Below, piece by piece: positions 62,449-64,000 of a stretch of 64,000 nt of DNA. The translations under genes and the position numbers were made by a program. The first letter of the stretch is position 1. Every line of letters starts with the position of its first letter. The notes beneath the pieces were generated by a model, which was given only the letters and a program-made list of their open reading frames with translations, ran no database searches and was not told the origin of the DNA. Location: assembly GCA_032718475.1 (NCBI GenBank), contig JAUCBJ010008852.1:28720-92719 (forward strand), read 5' to 3'. Origin of the DNA: Nemertoderma westbladi. Taxonomy: Eukaryota > Animalia > Xenacoelomorpha.

Positions 62449-62968
62449 AAGGAATGCCTGTTCACCGCCGACCATGGGTGATCTTCCCCAGTAAACCCTT
62501 TAATAATAATAATAATAATATTGGTTATTTATATAGCGCTTTTCTACGCTCAGCATACTCAAAGCGCTTTTATTATCATTACCCCAGCAAAGCCAGGTTC
62601 CCATTATACCGCTGGGTTGGCGTAGGCACTAATGTCTAAAGTGTCTTGCCTAGGGACACAACAGTGCGAAATTTCTACAGCCTTTAGTCGGATTCGAACC
62701 TGCGCCACCAAACACTATCGTGTAAGCAGTTCAGGCGCCGTATCCACTTGGACACTGCGACTTTAACACTGTTTCCCAAAGGAATGCCTGTTCACCACCA
62801 TGGGTAATCTTCCACAGTAAACCCTTCCACTCTGTTTCCCAAAGGAATACCTGTTCATCACCATTGGTAATCTTCCACAGTAAACCCTTCCACTCTGTTT
62901 CCCAAAGGAATGCCTGTTCACCACCATGGGTGATCTTCCACTGTAAACCCTTCCACTCATTTTCCCAA
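62449..62968. repeat. 63-bp minisatellite (about 4 units) interrupted by the SINE
   Basis: AAGGAATGCCTGTTCACC...AGTAAACCCTT units at 62449, 62779, 62842 and 62905. Confidence 0.85.
62502..62762 (-). mobile_element. tRNA-derived SINE with L2-like tail and (ATT)n end
   Basis: Minus strand shows box A-like AGTGTCCAAGTGG, box B GGTTCGAATCC, a GTGTCCCTAGGCAAGACACT core and an AAAGCGCT...AAAAGCGCTATATAA tail. Confidence 0.82.
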
Positions 62969-62974
62969 GTTGCC

Positions 62975-63133
62975 TTGGTTCCCATTTATCGACCAGTTAA
63001 GGATTAAATCCAGGGTTAGGTTAGGCTGCAGCATTTAAAGCACTGTGCCCAAACAGTGCAGCCCCATCTAGGGATCGAACCAGGGCCTCCTGATTTGGAG
63101 TCCGGGCATGTCACCACTAGACCACGCTGCTGC
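62975..63133 (-). mobile_element. Second tRNA-derived SINE fragment
   Basis: Minus strand GCAGCGTGGTCTAGTGGT (box A) ... GGTTCGATCCC (box B), with no intact acceptor stem. Confidence 0.7.
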
Positions 63134-63299
63134 TATTTCTAAAATAATAAATTATAATAAAAACCTGTGCGTTAGTCCATTTTAAGAATTCAGCAAGCGG
63201 TTACACCACCCACACCACCCTCCACCCCCCCCCCCCCCCATCCCCACACCATTATATTCCCTATACCACTCAATCCCCACATCCCAAACACTCACTCCC

Positions 63300-64000
63300 C
63301 ACATCACCTGCCAGCAGAGGTACAGGGCATGACCCAGCAGATGAGCTGCACAGCCAATGGTGGGTCATGTGCGCCAGAGTAGGTATGGGTGATGGGCCTC
63401 ATATCGGACTTCACTGCGACACCCACAATGTGGAATGGCAAACCAGGGTGTGGTATTTGCCCCGAGAGCTGACTCGGCAAAAAAGCACCCCCCAAACCCC
63501 ACTATGGATTACATTAGTAATACGGAGGTCCGTCCACTAGAGGCCAGTGGAATTACGGGACACAATCGGCCTCACAGGCGTTAGTTATCTCCTGACCGGC
63601 TGCCTGTCTCACCCCCTACTGGGGAGAGAGCAGCCAACAATTCTTTGAGTCCCTTTCCTGATGGCCCAAACCCTGGCTCACCAGGGAGACCAGATTGTGA
63701 GGGGGAGAGGGATTCTGGAGTTGGAGGCTACTCTCATGTTCCACCCCGACCAACAAAGCCATTGGTGAATCTGAGGCAAGTCACTAGACTAGCCAGAGTA
63801 AACACCCTAACACTCGTGCCCCCGATGCGACAAGGTGCGCTGACTGCCTTGGCAGATAAGCTTTCTCTTAGCGCAATGGGTGTTCAAGAGCACCGAATGC
63901 AGACTGGACAGACTGACGAGGTTCTGATAAAGGACATGGGCGCGGTTGGCGACTCGCCCTCGCGTCAGCAGATGATAGTGGCAATGGTGGTATTGGTCTA
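63300..64000 (+). mobile_element. 5' part of a degenerate APE-type LINE (UTR plus start of endonuclease)
   Basis: AMGVQEHR and, after a frameshift, GWRLALASADDSGNGGIGL, both APE endonuclease motifs. The 5' boundary is uncertain. Confidence 0.6.

Noticed and set aside
62690-63133. Two tRNA genes
   Set aside because: Boxes A and B are present but acceptor stems are not intact, and SINE-type body or tail sequence follows.

Overview
AT-rich metazoan (probably marine invertebrate) genomic DNA, not prokaryotic. A plus-strand VEGFR/PDGFR-like multi-Ig gene (six phase-compatible exons, 21261-37766) has introns swollen by tandem repeats: a >21 kb 27/28-bp satellite, a perfect (CAGTTA)380 tract, and 17-bp and 21/22-bp minisatellites. 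RTE-type LINEs and a CRE-like RLE retrotransposon have inserted into the two minisatellites. Downstream lies a very young 17.3-kb Bel/Pao LTR retrotransposon (39441-56735, GAGCT TSD) with a nested non-autonomous insertion. It is followed by the last two exons of a convergent nAChR-like Cys-loop receptor gene, whose introns hold SINE/LINE debris. The top finding concerns the Bel/Pao element. It has no tRNA-type (TGG) primer-binding site. Instead the 12 nt abutting the 5' LTR are the exact reverse complement of a 12-mer inside its own LTR, which is the geometry of Tf1-style self-primed reverse transcription. The element also has a cluster of perfect in-frame splice donors in gag and duplicated hairpins with swapped basal stems in a 3-kb 3' region. 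All coordinates and comparisons were made by eye; no database searches were run.
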